In this document: positions 9,060 to 17,865 of the stretch, piece by piece
Layout of the letters: each line of letters begins with the position of its first letter
Numbering within the stretch: the stretch's first letter is position 1
Origin: a virus
Taxonomy: Duplodnaviria > Heunggongvirae > Uroviricota > Caudoviricetes
Strand: one strand, 5' to 3'
Length of the DNA stretch: 53,762 nt
IMG/VR virus record: IMGVR_UViG_3300027710_000010
Span: 1 to 53,762 of that record
Position numbers and translations under genes: made by a program
The notes under the pieces: generated by a model
The model's input: only the letters and a program-made list of their open reading frames with translations
What the model was told of the DNA's origin: nothing
The model's database searches: none

Positions 9060-9794
9060 TTAAGTTCTCTCCAGTACTAGTGCGTACCCTTTGTTTTCAA
9101 AAACAAAAACATTGTCTATCTTTGTTATGTTATAGTCACCTAAATACTTTGTTAAGAAAATGCATTCGCTAATATCTTTAGTTTCTATTTTTAAACGACC
9201 TTGAGTACGTTCATATACTTCTTTTTTACGTCCAAAGTCTTTGATCTTCATGTTAATGGATTCAGCAAACACTTTTTGAAATCTAATATCGTCATCTAGT
9301 ACAGCTACGTTTTCAATAAAACCTCTATTAAAAAAGTTAGAGAAGTTGTTCATTTGATTGTTAGCAATCCTGTCTTCATACTCTTCTGTATTTGTAGGGA
9401 TTGCATCTTTAAGAATATCCAATGTAGCAGGCATACTTTTAAAACTTTTATAATATCTAAATTTAAAATTATCAATCTTTGTTAATCTAGCAACACCGTC
9501 TAACAATTCGACGATCCTATCAGGAACATGTCGATCTCTTTTTATTTCAACAAACACTCTATGTTTGCCGTTGTCAGTCGGACCGCTTGTTGCATCTGCA
9601 TCTAATACAAACTCATAGCCCATCTCTAAAAAACGGGCTAAATCGTCTGCTGGTGCTTTATCTTCTACAGTAAAACTTAAGACAACCATATCGCCGTCTT
9701 CGCCAATTTTAGATTTAAAACTGTCGATGTCGAACACGTGGCTTACTAAGTGAGCCAAATCGCCGGCTAGTAAGTCTTCGTTAATGCGTTTCAT
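9060..9794 (-). CDS. Hypothetical late protein
   Basis: 244-aa ORF; ATG overlaps the upstream TAA. Confidence 0.8.
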   Translation of the reverse strand: MKRINEDLLAGDLAHLVSHVFDIDSFKSKIGEDGDMVVLSFTVEDKAPADDLARFLEMGYEFVLDADATSGPTDNGKHRVFVEIKRDRHVPDRIVELLDGVARLTKIDNFKFRYYKSFKSMPATLDILKDAIPTNTEEYEDRIANNQMNNFSNFFNRGFIENVAVLDDDIRFQKVFAESINMKIKDFGRKKEVYERTQGRLKIETKDISECIFLTKYLGDYNITKIDNVFVFENKGYALVLERT

Positions 9795-10342
9795 TATACA
9801 GGTGCTCCTGCGGTTGGAGCCGCTGGTGTAGCTGCCGCTGGTGCTGCCGCCGCCGGTGCTCCTGCTCCTGGGGCCGCTGCCTCTTTCTTAGTGGGATTTT
9901 TACTACTACGTTCTTCTCTGATGCGGTCCATATATCCATTAAAAATATCAAACACTAATTTTTTAGGCATCATGATTTCAACTAACCATACAGGCTTAGA
10001 ATCTAACTTGCCCTTCTTTGTTCCAGGACGTAAATCGTCTGGAGTACGAATTCTTCTAGGCTCTACTACGGTTGTTTTTTCATACAACACTTTACACCCT
10101 AAATCAGTCAATCGCTTGCCTGCTACAGGATCTGGCATTTTATCATAAGGCCACATGAACTCAGCTGTAACCCAATGTCGGTCAACTTTTGGTCCCGATG
10201 CTAATTCACCGTCTCTCCAGTTTTTATATACGTACATATCCATCTCGTCTAGGACTCGTTCAAAGTCCTTTAATATAGCCAAGCTGGAATTGTTATTATA
10301 AATGCTTTCTACGTTTTTGATAACTTCTAATATGTCACGCAT
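9794..10342 (-). CDS. Hypothetical late protein with Ala/Pro-rich tail
   Basis: Start moved from 10390 to ATG 10342 (MRDILE), downstream of GCTAAATA and an AGGGA RBS. Confidence 0.75.
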   Translation of the reverse strand: MRDILEVIKNVESIYNNNSSLAILKDFERVLDEMDMYVYKNWRDGELASGPKVDRHWVTAEFMWPYDKMPDPVAGKRLTDLGCKVLYEKTTVVEPRRIRTPDDLRPGTKKGKLDSKPVWLVEIMMPKKLVFDIFNGYMDRIREERSSKNPTKKEAAAPGAGAPAAAAPAAATPAAPTAGAPV

Positions 10343-10368
10343 GGATTTTCCCTGTTTTGATACTAATG

Positions 10369-10376
10369 TATTTAGC
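10369..10376 (-). promoter_or_regulatory. T4-late-like promoter GCTAAATA heading the operon that ends in the spanin/lysin genes
   Basis: TAAATA core 26 nt before ATG 10342. Confidence 0.55.
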
Positions 10377-10419
10377 TGGGCTGAAATCATACCGTATCAG
10401 TTTATATTTTGTCGTAATC

Positions 10420-10427
10420 GTTAAATA
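10420..10427 (+). promoter_or_regulatory. T4-late-like promoter GTTAAATA for phoH
   Basis: TAAATA core directly before the structured phoH leader. Confidence 0.45.
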
Positions 10428-10432
10428 TGATT

Positions 10433-10491
10433 GTAGGACCTCTGTAGTTATCGAGGCGGTCGCTACATGTCCTACTTTACCCAGAGTAGGA
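10433..10491 (+). promoter_or_regulatory. Structured phoH leader with mutually exclusive anti-sequestrator and RBS-sequestering hairpins
   Basis: GTAGGAC(10433-39) pairs with GTCCTAC(10469-75). Alternatively TCCTACTTT(10470-78) pairs with AGAGTAGGA(10483-91), covering the RBS. Confidence 0.55.
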
Positions 10492-10501
10492 GATAAACTG
10501 A

Positions 10502-11224
10502 ATGAGTAAACAACGAGTGAAAAAGCGTTTTACATCAGACGTTAAAGTGATAGATTTTCAACCATACCTTCCTCAGAAGAAGCAACGTGTAGTAATGTCA
10601 GCACGTTCGCAGAATCAGAAAGCATACTTACAAAAACTGCAAAACGACGAAACTAGCATTGTATTTGCTATCGGGCCAGCCGGCACGGGCAAAACTATGT
10701 TGGCTGTTATGCACGGCATTAAGTTGTATCAGGAAGGGTTGGTAGATAAGATTATTGTTACTAGACCCGCCGTTTCCGTAGATGAAGATTTAGGATTTTT
10801 ACCAGGTGACTTAAATGAAAAGATGGCACCTTGGACTCGTCCTATTTTTGACGTTATGGGAGAATATTATAAGCAATCAGACATAGCAGAAATGCTAAAG
10901 GAAGGTGTTATCGAAATAAGCCCACTCGCGTATATGCGCGGACGCACATTTAAGAATGCATATATCATAGCAGATGAAATGCAGAATGCTACTGTAAATC
11001 AAATGAAGATGTTGCTAACACGCTTGGGAGAAGGATCCAAGATGGTAGTGACGGGAGATTTGGCACAGGCAGATAGACGTAGCGATAACGGATTAATTAA
11101 TTTTTGCAACCTACTCGCAAGTAAACCAAATTTAAAACACATCGACATTGTAGAATTCGATCATAAAGATATTGAACGACATGATGCAGTAAGGGAAGTG
11201 TTGGGAATTTATGGTGACACGTAA
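10502..11224 (+). CDS. phoH: PhoH-family ATPase
   Basis: GPAGTGKT, RPAV, LGFLPGDL, YMRGRTF, DEMQN, GDLAQ motifs. Confidence 0.95.
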   Translation: MSKQRVKKRFTSDVKVIDFQPYLPQKKQRVVMSARSQNQKAYLQKLQNDETSIVFAIGPAGTGKTMLAVMHGIKLYQEGLVDKIIVTRPAVSVDEDLGFLPGDLNEKMAPWTRPIFDVMGEYYKQSDIAEMLKEGVIEISPLAYMRGRTFKNAYIIADEMQNATVNQMKMLLTRLGEGSKMVVTGDLAQADRRSDNGLINFCNLLASKPNLKHIDIVEFDHKDIERHDAVREVLGIYGDT

Positions 11225-11232
11225 TAGTCATT

Positions 11233-11257
11233 AAAAAAGGACCTTCGGGTCCTTTTT
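11233..11257. terminator. Bidirectional intrinsic terminator
   Basis: AAAAAAGGACC-TTCG-GGTCCTTTTT between convergent phoH and dCMP deaminase. Confidence 0.9.
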
Positions 11258-11258
11258 C

Positions 11259-11774
11259 TTATTCTAACTGTTCAACTCCGACCTGCGAAGCTTTAAGGAA
11301 ATCAATCCCGGAATTATCCCGATAAGCAGTGCGAAACCAAACTCGTTTAATACCTGCTTGGTAGATAAGTTTGGCACAGTCCAAGCAAGGAGCATGAGTA
11401 ACAAATAAATCCCCATCGAGACCAGACTCGTTACTTCTAGCCAATTTCGCAATGGCGTTAGTTTCTGCATGTAATACCTCTGGTTTAGTTTTGAGTCGGT
11501 AACGGCCTTGCATTGTGTTTCCGTCAGCATCTAAATAAGTGCCTTCATAAGGCCAACCTTCTATAATCTCTTCTGCACTTAGCCATCCGCCGGCACTGCA
11601 CCATTCTACATTTTCGCAATCGTTATCCCAACCTGCCGGCATACCATTGTAGCCGATAGAAATAATTCTATCATCCTTAACAACAATAGCACCGACATGT
11701 AACCGCTTGGCATGACTAAGCTCTGCGAATGTTTCCGCAGTTTTCATGTACGCTTCTTTTAATTTACTCTTCAT
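11259..11774 (-). CDS. dCMP deaminase
   Basis: GYNGMP, HAETNAI and PCLDC zinc-binding motifs. Confidence 0.92.
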   Translation of the reverse strand: MKSKLKEAYMKTAETFAELSHAKRLHVGAIVVKDDRIISIGYNGMPAGWDNDCENVEWCSAGGWLSAEEIIEGWPYEGTYLDADGNTMQGRYRLKTKPEVLHAETNAIAKLARSNESGLDGDLFVTHAPCLDCAKLIYQAGIKRVWFRTAYRDNSGIDFLKASQVGVEQLE

Positions 11775-12094
11775 TCTTCTAATAAGTCTAGCTTGTCAGG
11801 TTTATCTTTCCATTCAGCATGATCTGGTAATGGGTCTTTCTTTTTAGTAATAACAGGCCACTTGACGCTTAGACGTTTATTAAGGTCAGTCCACATCACA
11901 ACATTTACATTGACATCATTGTCAGCTACGATAGCATCGACCGGGCATTCTGGAACACATACTCCACAGTCGATGCATTCGTCTGGATTAATTACTAAAA
12001 AGTTTGGGCCTTCGTAAAAGCAGTCAACTGGGCATACTTCTACACAATCGGTATGCTTGCACTTGATACAGTTCTCAGTTACCAAATATGTCAT
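11771..12094 (-). CDS. fdxA: 7Fe ([3Fe-4S][4Fe-4S]) ferredoxin, FdxA/FdI type
   Basis: [17 protein letters not shown] and [12 protein letters not shown] cluster motifs. Confidence 0.93.
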   Translation of the reverse strand: MTYLVTENCIKCKHTDCVEVCPVDCFYEGPNFLVINPDECIDCGVCVPECPVDAIVADNDVNVNVVMWTDLNKRLSVKWPVITKKKDPLPDHAEWKDKPDKLDLLEE

Positions 12095-13005
12095 AGATGC
12101 GACAATCTAATCAATGTTGCAGACAAGTTAATTTCCGGGTCAATAACCAAGGTATGATCAACCAGGCCTTGTTTAATAATTAAGATAGCTTTCTCTTGTT
12201 TAGCATCATCACCGAACAATGTGATGTTATCATACATCCAACGATATACTTCCTCCATCTCTTCTGGTCGAGCTTGACTACAAATTAGCTTACGTGCTTC
12301 GTTGATCTTGCCTAGCTTAAACAATTCTACCATGTCAATTTTGTAGTCCTGTTCACCAGTGTCGCCCTTTTCTGGACTATGCAGTAGCCCATCCAAGCTA
12401 TTCATCTGCACCATGTTAATGCATTTACGCAAATCTGGATACGTTACTTTGACAACAGTATCTAAAACATCGGCATCGAATTTAATATCTTCCGAATCCA
12501 AAATATGTACTACACGAGCAAACATCTCTACTTGATCGATTTTCTCAATATGAAATCCTTGGCATCTGGAATGTAGGGCAGGGATGATACGATTAGGATA
12601 ATTGCAAGTAAGTATGAAACGAGCGGTCGTGTGATATGTTTCCATGACTCCACGGAGGATAGCTTGTGCGTTAGGCGTAAGATAATCTGCTTCATCTAAT
12701 AGTACTACCTTAAAATCTCCAAACGGAATCATCTGGACAAAGTTTGTAATTTTATCACGAATAGTCTCTGCACTGTTTTCTCGTGATGCGTTAATTTCCA
12801 TAATGTCATATTCGTTAATTTCTAACTCATTAAACAATAATCTTGCCAGTGTTGTTTTGCCAATACCTGCATTGCCACTCAACAACAGATGCGGGATGGA
12901 TCCATCTTTAATCCATCTCTCAACTTGCGCTTTTTGATGTGCATCTCTAAACACATAACCATCTACAGTCTTAGGACGGTATTTTTCTACCCATAGTTCT
13001 TTCAT
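12091..13005 (-). CDS. Sliding-clamp loader AAA+ subunit (T4 gp44/RFC-like)
   Basis: [23 protein letters not shown] motifs. Confidence 0.93.
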   Translation of the reverse strand: MKELWVEKYRPKTVDGYVFRDAHQKAQVERWIKDGSIPHLLLSGNAGIGKTTLARLLFNELEINEYDIMEINASRENSAETIRDKITNFVQMIPFGDFKVVLLDEADYLTPNAQAILRGVMETYHTTARFILTCNYPNRIIPALHSRCQGFHIEKIDQVEMFARVVHILDSEDIKFDADVLDTVVKVTYPDLRKCINMVQMNSLDGLLHSPEKGDTGEQDYKIDMVELFKLGKINEARKLICSQARPEEMEEVYRWMYDNITLFGDDAKQEKAILIIKQGLVDHTLVIDPEINLSATLIRLSHL

Positions 13006-13193
13006 TCTTTTGCCTTATTAATAATTTGTTGTGTAATTGGACTAATTCTATTATCTATTAATGATAGATCATGCAATCTATCAGCACATTTTCGTACATC
13101 ATCACTTAGTTGACCCTTACCAATAGCACTTTCTATAAGACGTGCAACATTATGCAATGTTATGACAGCGTCAACTAAATCAAGATTTCTCAA
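13002..13193 (-). CDS. Hypothetical protein
   Basis: 63 aa, TTG start coupled to the upstream stop. Confidence 0.65.
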   Translation of the reverse strand: MRNLDLVDAVITLHNVARLIESAIGKGQLSDDVRKCADRLHDLSLIDNRISPITQQIINKAKE

Positions 13194-13357
13194 ACCAATT
13201 CCTCAACGATGCCTAACACTTCTGCTAAAATTAAGCAAACGCCAGCCATTAGCAAGTTGCCTGTAATCAAACAGCCGCCCGCTACAATACGTACAGCACT
13301 CTTTACAATGCTGACATAAAAATGTCCCTTGCTAGTATCTTTAGGTTGAATTTCCAC
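13190..13357 (-). CDS. Small hydrophobic protein (55 aa), not in ORF track
   Basis: GTG start with AAGGA RBS: MEIQPKDTSKGHFYVSIVKSAVRIVAGGCLITGNLLMAGVCLILAEVLGIVEELV. Confidence 0.7.
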   Translation of the reverse strand: MEIQPKDTSKGHFYVSIVKSAVRIVAGGCLITGNLLMAGVCLILAEVLGIVEELV

Positions 13358-13508
13358 GTTTAAATAATCCTTTTATAAACTGTATTAGATTGTAAAATCT
13401 AAAATGATGAGTAGTCAGCATTGGAGTATGATGCGGACATCGCCCTTGCATGTAGTCGCAACTAGTTGAATAGGGCTTGTTACAAATATTGCAATTAATA
13501 GTATTCAT
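13341..13508 (-). CDS. Small Cys/His-rich protein (55 aa), possible zinc finger, not in ORF track
   Basis: MNTINCNICNKPYSTSCDYMQGRCPHH...; ATG lies 6 nt after a consensus -10 box. Confidence 0.65.
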   Translation of the reverse strand: MNTINCNICNKPYSTSCDYMQGRCPHHTPMLTTHHFRFYNLIQFIKGLFKRGNST

Positions 13509-13514
13509 GTCTAT

Positions 13515-13543
13515 ATTATACAGGTAAGAACAGGACTAGTCAA
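13515..13543 (-). promoter_or_regulatory. sigma70-type promoter TTGACT-N17-TATAAT
   Basis: Near-perfect consensus; the -35 box sits inside a hairpin. Confidence 0.75.
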
Positions 13544-13553
13544 TAGTCCTGTT
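13529..13553 (-). terminator. Probable terminator hairpin after groES, overlapping the next -35 box
   Basis: AACAGGACTA/TAGTCCTGTT 10-bp inverted repeat, followed by UUCUU on the minus strand. Confidence 0.5.
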
Positions 13554-13572
13554 AAGTTGGTTTACCAATTAG

Positions 13573-13896
13573 TTAATATTCGGAAGGAAGTTCGTCTGCT
13601 TGAAGCATTATTGATTTCACTTCGACCATTCGAACAGTAAGTTCTTTTCCATCTTCTTCAACTGTGATGCCTCTGGTCCATCGTCCATGTTCGACACATA
13701 TCCAATCTCCAACTTTAACATCTTGTTGATCAGGACCAACGGCCCAGACCTTACCCCAACGAGGTTTGATACCATCGCTTTTGCCATCCTGACTACGTAG
13801 GATGATTCCGACTTTACTTACTTCATCAGAAAAGTTCATGTCTGAAACAAGGATGTTGTCCTTGAGAGGGATGATTTTACCTTTTACAACATTCAT
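13573..13896 (-). CDS. groES: GroES/Cpn10 co-chaperonin
   Basis: IIPLKDNILV, GKVWAVGP, VKVGDWI motifs. Confidence 0.8.
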   Translation of the reverse strand: MNVVKGKIIPLKDNILVSDMNFSDEVSKVGIILRSQDGKSDGIKPRWGKVWAVGPDQQDVKVGDWICVEHGRWTRGITVEEDGKELTVRMVEVKSIMLQADELPSEY

Positions 13897-14114
13897 TATT
13901 CGCCTTTATTTGGTTTACCTTTAAAATACTCACTCATGATGTCTTCGCGTTTACGAATAATTTTGCCACCTGGACCAATTTCGTCTCCGCGAGCATTAAC
14001 ACGGGAATTTCCCACTGCTAATGTTAGCTCATTTTGAGCTCTAAGTTTTTCCATATCCACTTCTTTGCCGGATGCACTACGGTGGATAACTCTTTGTGAT
14101 TCTTTCATTGCCAT
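13896..14114 (-). CDS. Hypothetical protein
   Basis: 72 aa with AAGGAG RBS. Confidence 0.8.
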   Translation of the reverse strand: MAMKESQRVIHRSASGKEVDMEKLRAQNELTLAVGNSRVNARGDEIGPGGKIIRKREDIMSEYFKGKPNKGE

Positions 14115-14141
14115 TTTAATCTCCTTGGATTATAACAGTAC

Positions 14142-14648
14142 TTATCTTAGGAAGTCCTGCCAGTCTAAATTATATTTAATCGGGTCAATCTTATGAACAC
14201 CTATAATATATAACACATAACTGGCAACACTTGACCCCCGACCAACACCCCAGAGTATGTTGTTTTCTCTGCTAAACTCTACAAAATATTTAAGCCATCT
14301 TAACAAGTCTATCATATTTCTTCGATCAAACTCTTTTAGCTCTTCTTCAGCTCTATTATATGATACAATGTCTGGACAGTTACATAACACCCAATTTTTG
14401 ATATCAAGTGTTTTGTATTCTTCAGGCATGTTCCAATCTGACTGTAACGCTAAATCGTGTTCCTCTATACTAACATCAAAGTCGTTGGGGTACGGTTTTA
14501 AGAACAAAAATCCCAGTTGTTCTTCTAGTTGTCTTGTGTTGTTGTTTGAATTGACAAACATTTCCGGCGATAATGGTTGTCCATTATACAAGGCATCAAA
14601 AATGTCTTTTTCTTCAAAGATAGGATTACAGAATTTGTCAGATAGCAT
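14142..14648 (-). CDS. Stand-alone fragment of DNA polymerase III alpha (DnaE-like)
   Basis: EELKEF...WGVGRGSSVASYVLYIIGVHKIDPIKYNL matches the DnaE GRGS region; the ORF ends right after it. Confidence 0.75.
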   Translation of the reverse strand: MLSDKFCNPIFEEKDIFDALYNGQPLSPEMFVNSNNNTRQLEEQLGFLFLKPYPNDFDVSIEEHDLALQSDWNMPEEYKTLDIKNWVLCNCPDIVSYNRAEEELKEFDRRNMIDLLRWLKYFVEFSRENNILWGVGRGSSVASYVLYIIGVHKIDPIKYNLDWQDFLR

Positions 14649-14657
14649 ACAAGTATT

Positions 14658-14894
14658 TTAGTTTACTTGTATTAAATTGTCAAGATCTTTATTGCGTTTT
14701 TGTGATTGTTCTTGCCAAAGTTTGGCTTGACGAGCCTTGAGCTCTTCTTTATACATGTCAATGAACAGCGATATTTGATATTTGAGATCTGGACTGTTTG
14801 CGATCCAATACTTCTTACTAAGATCCTGAATTTTATTTTCTACTTCAGAATCTTTCAAACTACTCAAATTGTCAACTAACGGATTGATTACCAT
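14658..14894 (-). CDS. Hypothetical protein
   Basis: 78 aa, translationally coupled to its neighbours. Confidence 0.7.
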   Translation of the reverse strand: MVINPLVDNLSSLKDSEVENKIQDLSKKYWIANSPDLKYQISLFIDMYKEELKARQAKLWQEQSQKRNKDLDNLIQVN

Positions 14895-15472
14895 TATTCA
14901 AACACACCTACTAATTTTAAGTACACATCAGTACCGCCATTATATGTCCATGCTTCCACAATCTTGTCTTCAGTATCAGTTACTGTAATTTGTGGCGATG
15001 TGCTTGGAATAACAAATTCGCCACTAACAGTTTTGATAGCTCCGCCACCACCTGTCTCATTGCCGAATGTTACAGTACGATCAGCACCTAGACTCTTAAG
15101 GTGTAATTTAATTTTAGCATACAATCCACTCTCTGGCCAATTGCTAAATGTAATAGTTGCATCATTACTAAAACTAACAACTTGCAACGGGCCATTTGTG
15201 ATATCAATTGGGGTAGTAGTACTAACACCTGCTATTGTAAAAACTGAACCATAAAATTCATTAAATTCTGCATTTCTAATGATGTTTGTGTTGAAATCGT
15301 TTTCAGCATTTAGTTTGGCTGTATTGGTTTGCAATGTAGATATTTCACTACCAGCAGTATCTAATGCTGATTTAATATTTGTGAAGTTGTCTCTAAATCC
15401 TTGGCTGTTATTATCCTGCCCAGCTATAGGGAAGGCGCCGTCGATATTGCTTGTTATAATTGCACTGGTCAT
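14894..15472 (-). CDS. Virion structural protein (baseplate/tail associated)
   Basis: Beta-rich 192 aa (AGQDNNSQGFRDNF N-terminus) in the baseplate operon. Confidence 0.55.
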   Translation of the reverse strand: MTSAIITSNIDGAFPIAGQDNNSQGFRDNFTNIKSALDTAGSEISTLQTNTAKLNAENDFNTNIIRNAEFNEFYGSVFTIAGVSTTTPIDITNGPLQVVSFSNDATITFSNWPESGLYAKIKLHLKSLGADRTVTFGNETGGGGAIKTVSGEFVIPSTSPQITVTDTEDKIVEAWTYNGGTDVYLKLVGVFE

Positions 15473-17826
15473 GTTATAGTTACCTTGTCATCTTTAAATA
15501 CTAGATATTTATCGTTGCCGTATCCGGTCACGGAATCTATTATATATCTATCTACGGTATAGTCTAAATTCTTAAAATCAAATCCGCTATACTTAATGTT
15601 TAGCATAATATCTGCACTTGTTCCAGGTTTACAGAAACAAATTGGAACTGCTAAAACAAATCCTAATTCTTGCTTACTTTCGTCCTGGACACTACGCATC
15701 CATAGGGGTAAGTAATTTCGTTCTCTCGCACCAGCAGTCAGAATCTTATTTCTCCAAATACTAATTGAACTTGGATATCTTGTACTATAATTTGGATCGC
15801 TAGCAAATAAGTTTGTTTGATCAACTGTTATTCTATTATCAGGTCTTGGTAAGAATGGTTCGTCCCTGTCGCTGGTTTTCCAAATAGCATTACTGGCATC
15901 TGTTGTAATAGTTTTAGGATCTAATGGACGTTTTAATGTTGCGTTCAAATACTTATTCCCAATTTCTAATGGGTCAAACATTTCCACATAAACAACTTCG
16001 TATACTACTGTGTTTGTTCCTGTAATCTTTGCCTTAGCAGATTTAATGTCACCAAATGTAAAACGTTTTCTCTTGTGGTTTAATCCCATAGCACTAACAT
16101 ATTGTGCGGCAGTTTTAGTTTCGATGCCGCCAAAGATAGTCATTCTTAAATCTCGTTGTATACCAAAGTTAGGATCATTTGGTCTATAGACACTTTCTGC
16201 TGGAAATACATTACTGTTATTAATGAAGTCGTTAAACAATGCTCGCTTGTTTTGATTCATAAATGTTCTAGCAACAATACTGCTATACAGTCTATCATTA
16301 GGTGTGTCTATATTTAAAGTAAACTCTCTACTAATGCTACTGTACTTAAATTGATCTTGCGCTTTAATTACGAATTTAAATGTTCTATCTACTGAAGTAG
16401 TTCCACCATCAAATGTTTGATTAGTATATACCCCATCAGAGAATGTTGTTATGCCTGGCTCATTTACAGTGCCATACTGATTAACTTTGCCTGTAATCTC
16501 ACCGTCTAATTCTAAAGATAATCCTGACGGCAACGAACCTGACTCTAATGAATATACCAGTGTAGCACCTTCTATATTACTAGTTGCTAACACTCTAAGA
16601 TTACTGATAAAATTTGCATCAATAGTGCCTAACAAACTATCAGTCTCCCAAGTCATTATACTATCAACATCGCCTAACGTCTTAATTGTAAACGTTCTTT
16701 TTGTGGCTGCAATAGTACCATCACTATCATATCTAGATGCTGTTATTGTAAAATGGTATGTTTCAGTAATGGTTGGTTGATATGGAACTACACCAAATAA
16801 TTCTGAAGTAGCAATATCTAATTGTAATCCAGGCGGAAGTATACTAGCACTATTATCAGGATTTAACGAATCTAAATTATAAGTTATCGGGCCTAATTCA
16901 GGCGAGTCATAACAATCTAATACGATAGTCAAATAGTTATTAGCCCTGTGTGTACCAAGGTCCGTTGGTGTTAACCATATTGGGTTTCTTAAATATGTTC
17001 CGTCGACAGTGAATACACCATTGGCTGCTCTAGCAATAGTATTATCAGCACGTAAGAAATCGTCACCAACAACATATATTTTAAATTTTCTTTTACTAAC
17101 AGTGTCGCTATCACTTACGGATACAATAAATTCATAGTTCCTGTTTAGTTTGCGAGGAGGCAACGACGGTATAAAATAATCATAAAATACGCTATCGTAT
17201 ATAAAGCTATCAAATCCGTTATCTGGTCTGTTACCAAAATCGTAGCCGGTCACATCATATAGGTCGTTGCTATAGTTCCCATTGCCAACTTCTGAATCAA
17301 CGACAGTGTATGCTGGATCTATAAGACCAGTAATCTTACCATCATCGGTTAATGTTAGCCCTGGCGGTAATGTTCCGTCACCACTAGAGATAAAGTATTG
17401 TAGGGTTTGACCGGTTGCAGTGTCGTTATCAGATACACTGATTTGAAAATCTACAAAACTTGAGTCTAAAATAAAATATGTGTTATTTGGGCCTACTGGT
17501 AACGACCCCTCAGTAGTCGCAAATACAGGAACATCTGCACCTTCGATGGTTAATTTAAATGTTCTATCTGCTATCTCGCCGTTATAGGATGCTCTAATAC
17601 AGAATGTAAATTCAGTAACTCTCGGAACTTCAAAAGGCGTTCCTACAATGTGATCACCAGCCAATCTAAGTCCCGCAGGCAGTGATCCACTAATAATTTT
17701 AAATGTTGCTGATGATGAATCGGGTACTATAGAATCATATGTTACAGGCAATCCAAGATCTACAATAGATCCTTCTTGTATTGTACCAAATGTGTACCCG
17801 GATTTTTTAGTCCAAATGTTTAACAT
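15469..17826 (-). CDS. Baseplate wedge-like protein with putative Ig-like repeats
   Basis: Repeated (SG)xLP(P/S/A)GLxL...GxIxG...YxFxIxA units; 785 aa; late promoter upstream. Confidence 0.6.
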   Translation of the reverse strand: MLNIWTKKSGYTFGTIQEGSIVDLGLPVTYDSIVPDSSSATFKIISGSLPAGLRLAGDHIVGTPFEVPRVTEFTFCIRASYNGEIADRTFKLTIEGADVPVFATTEGSLPVGPNNTYFILDSSFVDFQISVSDNDTATGQTLQYFISSGDGTLPPGLTLTDDGKITGLIDPAYTVVDSEVGNGNYSNDLYDVTGYDFGNRPDNGFDSFIYDSVFYDYFIPSLPPRKLNRNYEFIVSVSDSDTVSKRKFKIYVVGDDFLRADNTIARAANGVFTVDGTYLRNPIWLTPTDLGTHRANNYLTIVLDCYDSPELGPITYNLDSLNPDNSASILPPGLQLDIATSELFGVVPYQPTITETYHFTITASRYDSDGTIAATKRTFTIKTLGDVDSIMTWETDSLLGTIDANFISNLRVLATSNIEGATLVYSLESGSLPSGLSLELDGEITGKVNQYGTVNEPGITTFSDGVYTNQTFDGGTTSVDRTFKFVIKAQDQFKYSSISREFTLNIDTPNDRLYSSIVARTFMNQNKRALFNDFINNSNVFPAESVYRPNDPNFGIQRDLRMTIFGGIETKTAAQYVSAMGLNHKRKRFTFGDIKSAKAKITGTNTVVYEVVYVEMFDPLEIGNKYLNATLKRPLDPKTITTDASNAIWKTSDRDEPFLPRPDNRITVDQTNLFASDPNYSTRYPSSISIWRNKILTAGARERNYLPLWMRSVQDESKQELGFVLAVPICFCKPGTSADIMLNIKYSGFDFKNLDYTVDRYIIDSVTGYGNDKYLVFKDDKVTIT

Positions 17827-17833
17827 GCTTCGC

Positions 17834-17856
17834 CCTTGATATAATATTTATCAAGG
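17834..17856 (-). promoter_or_regulatory. Late promoter GATAAATA (17845-17852) inside an RBS-occluding hairpin
   Basis: CCTTGATA/TATCAAGG inverted repeat; the 3' arm carries the AAGG RBS of 17826. Confidence 0.6.
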
Positions 17857-17865
17857 ACTAAGTTA

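Noticed and set aside
9826-9880. GCC/GCT-rich short repeats
   Set aside because: Simply encode an Ala/Pro low-complexity C-terminal tail.
11259-11774. Insertion in the dCMP deaminase before the HAE motif
   Set aside because: Phage dCMP deaminases, including T4, commonly carry variable inserts here.
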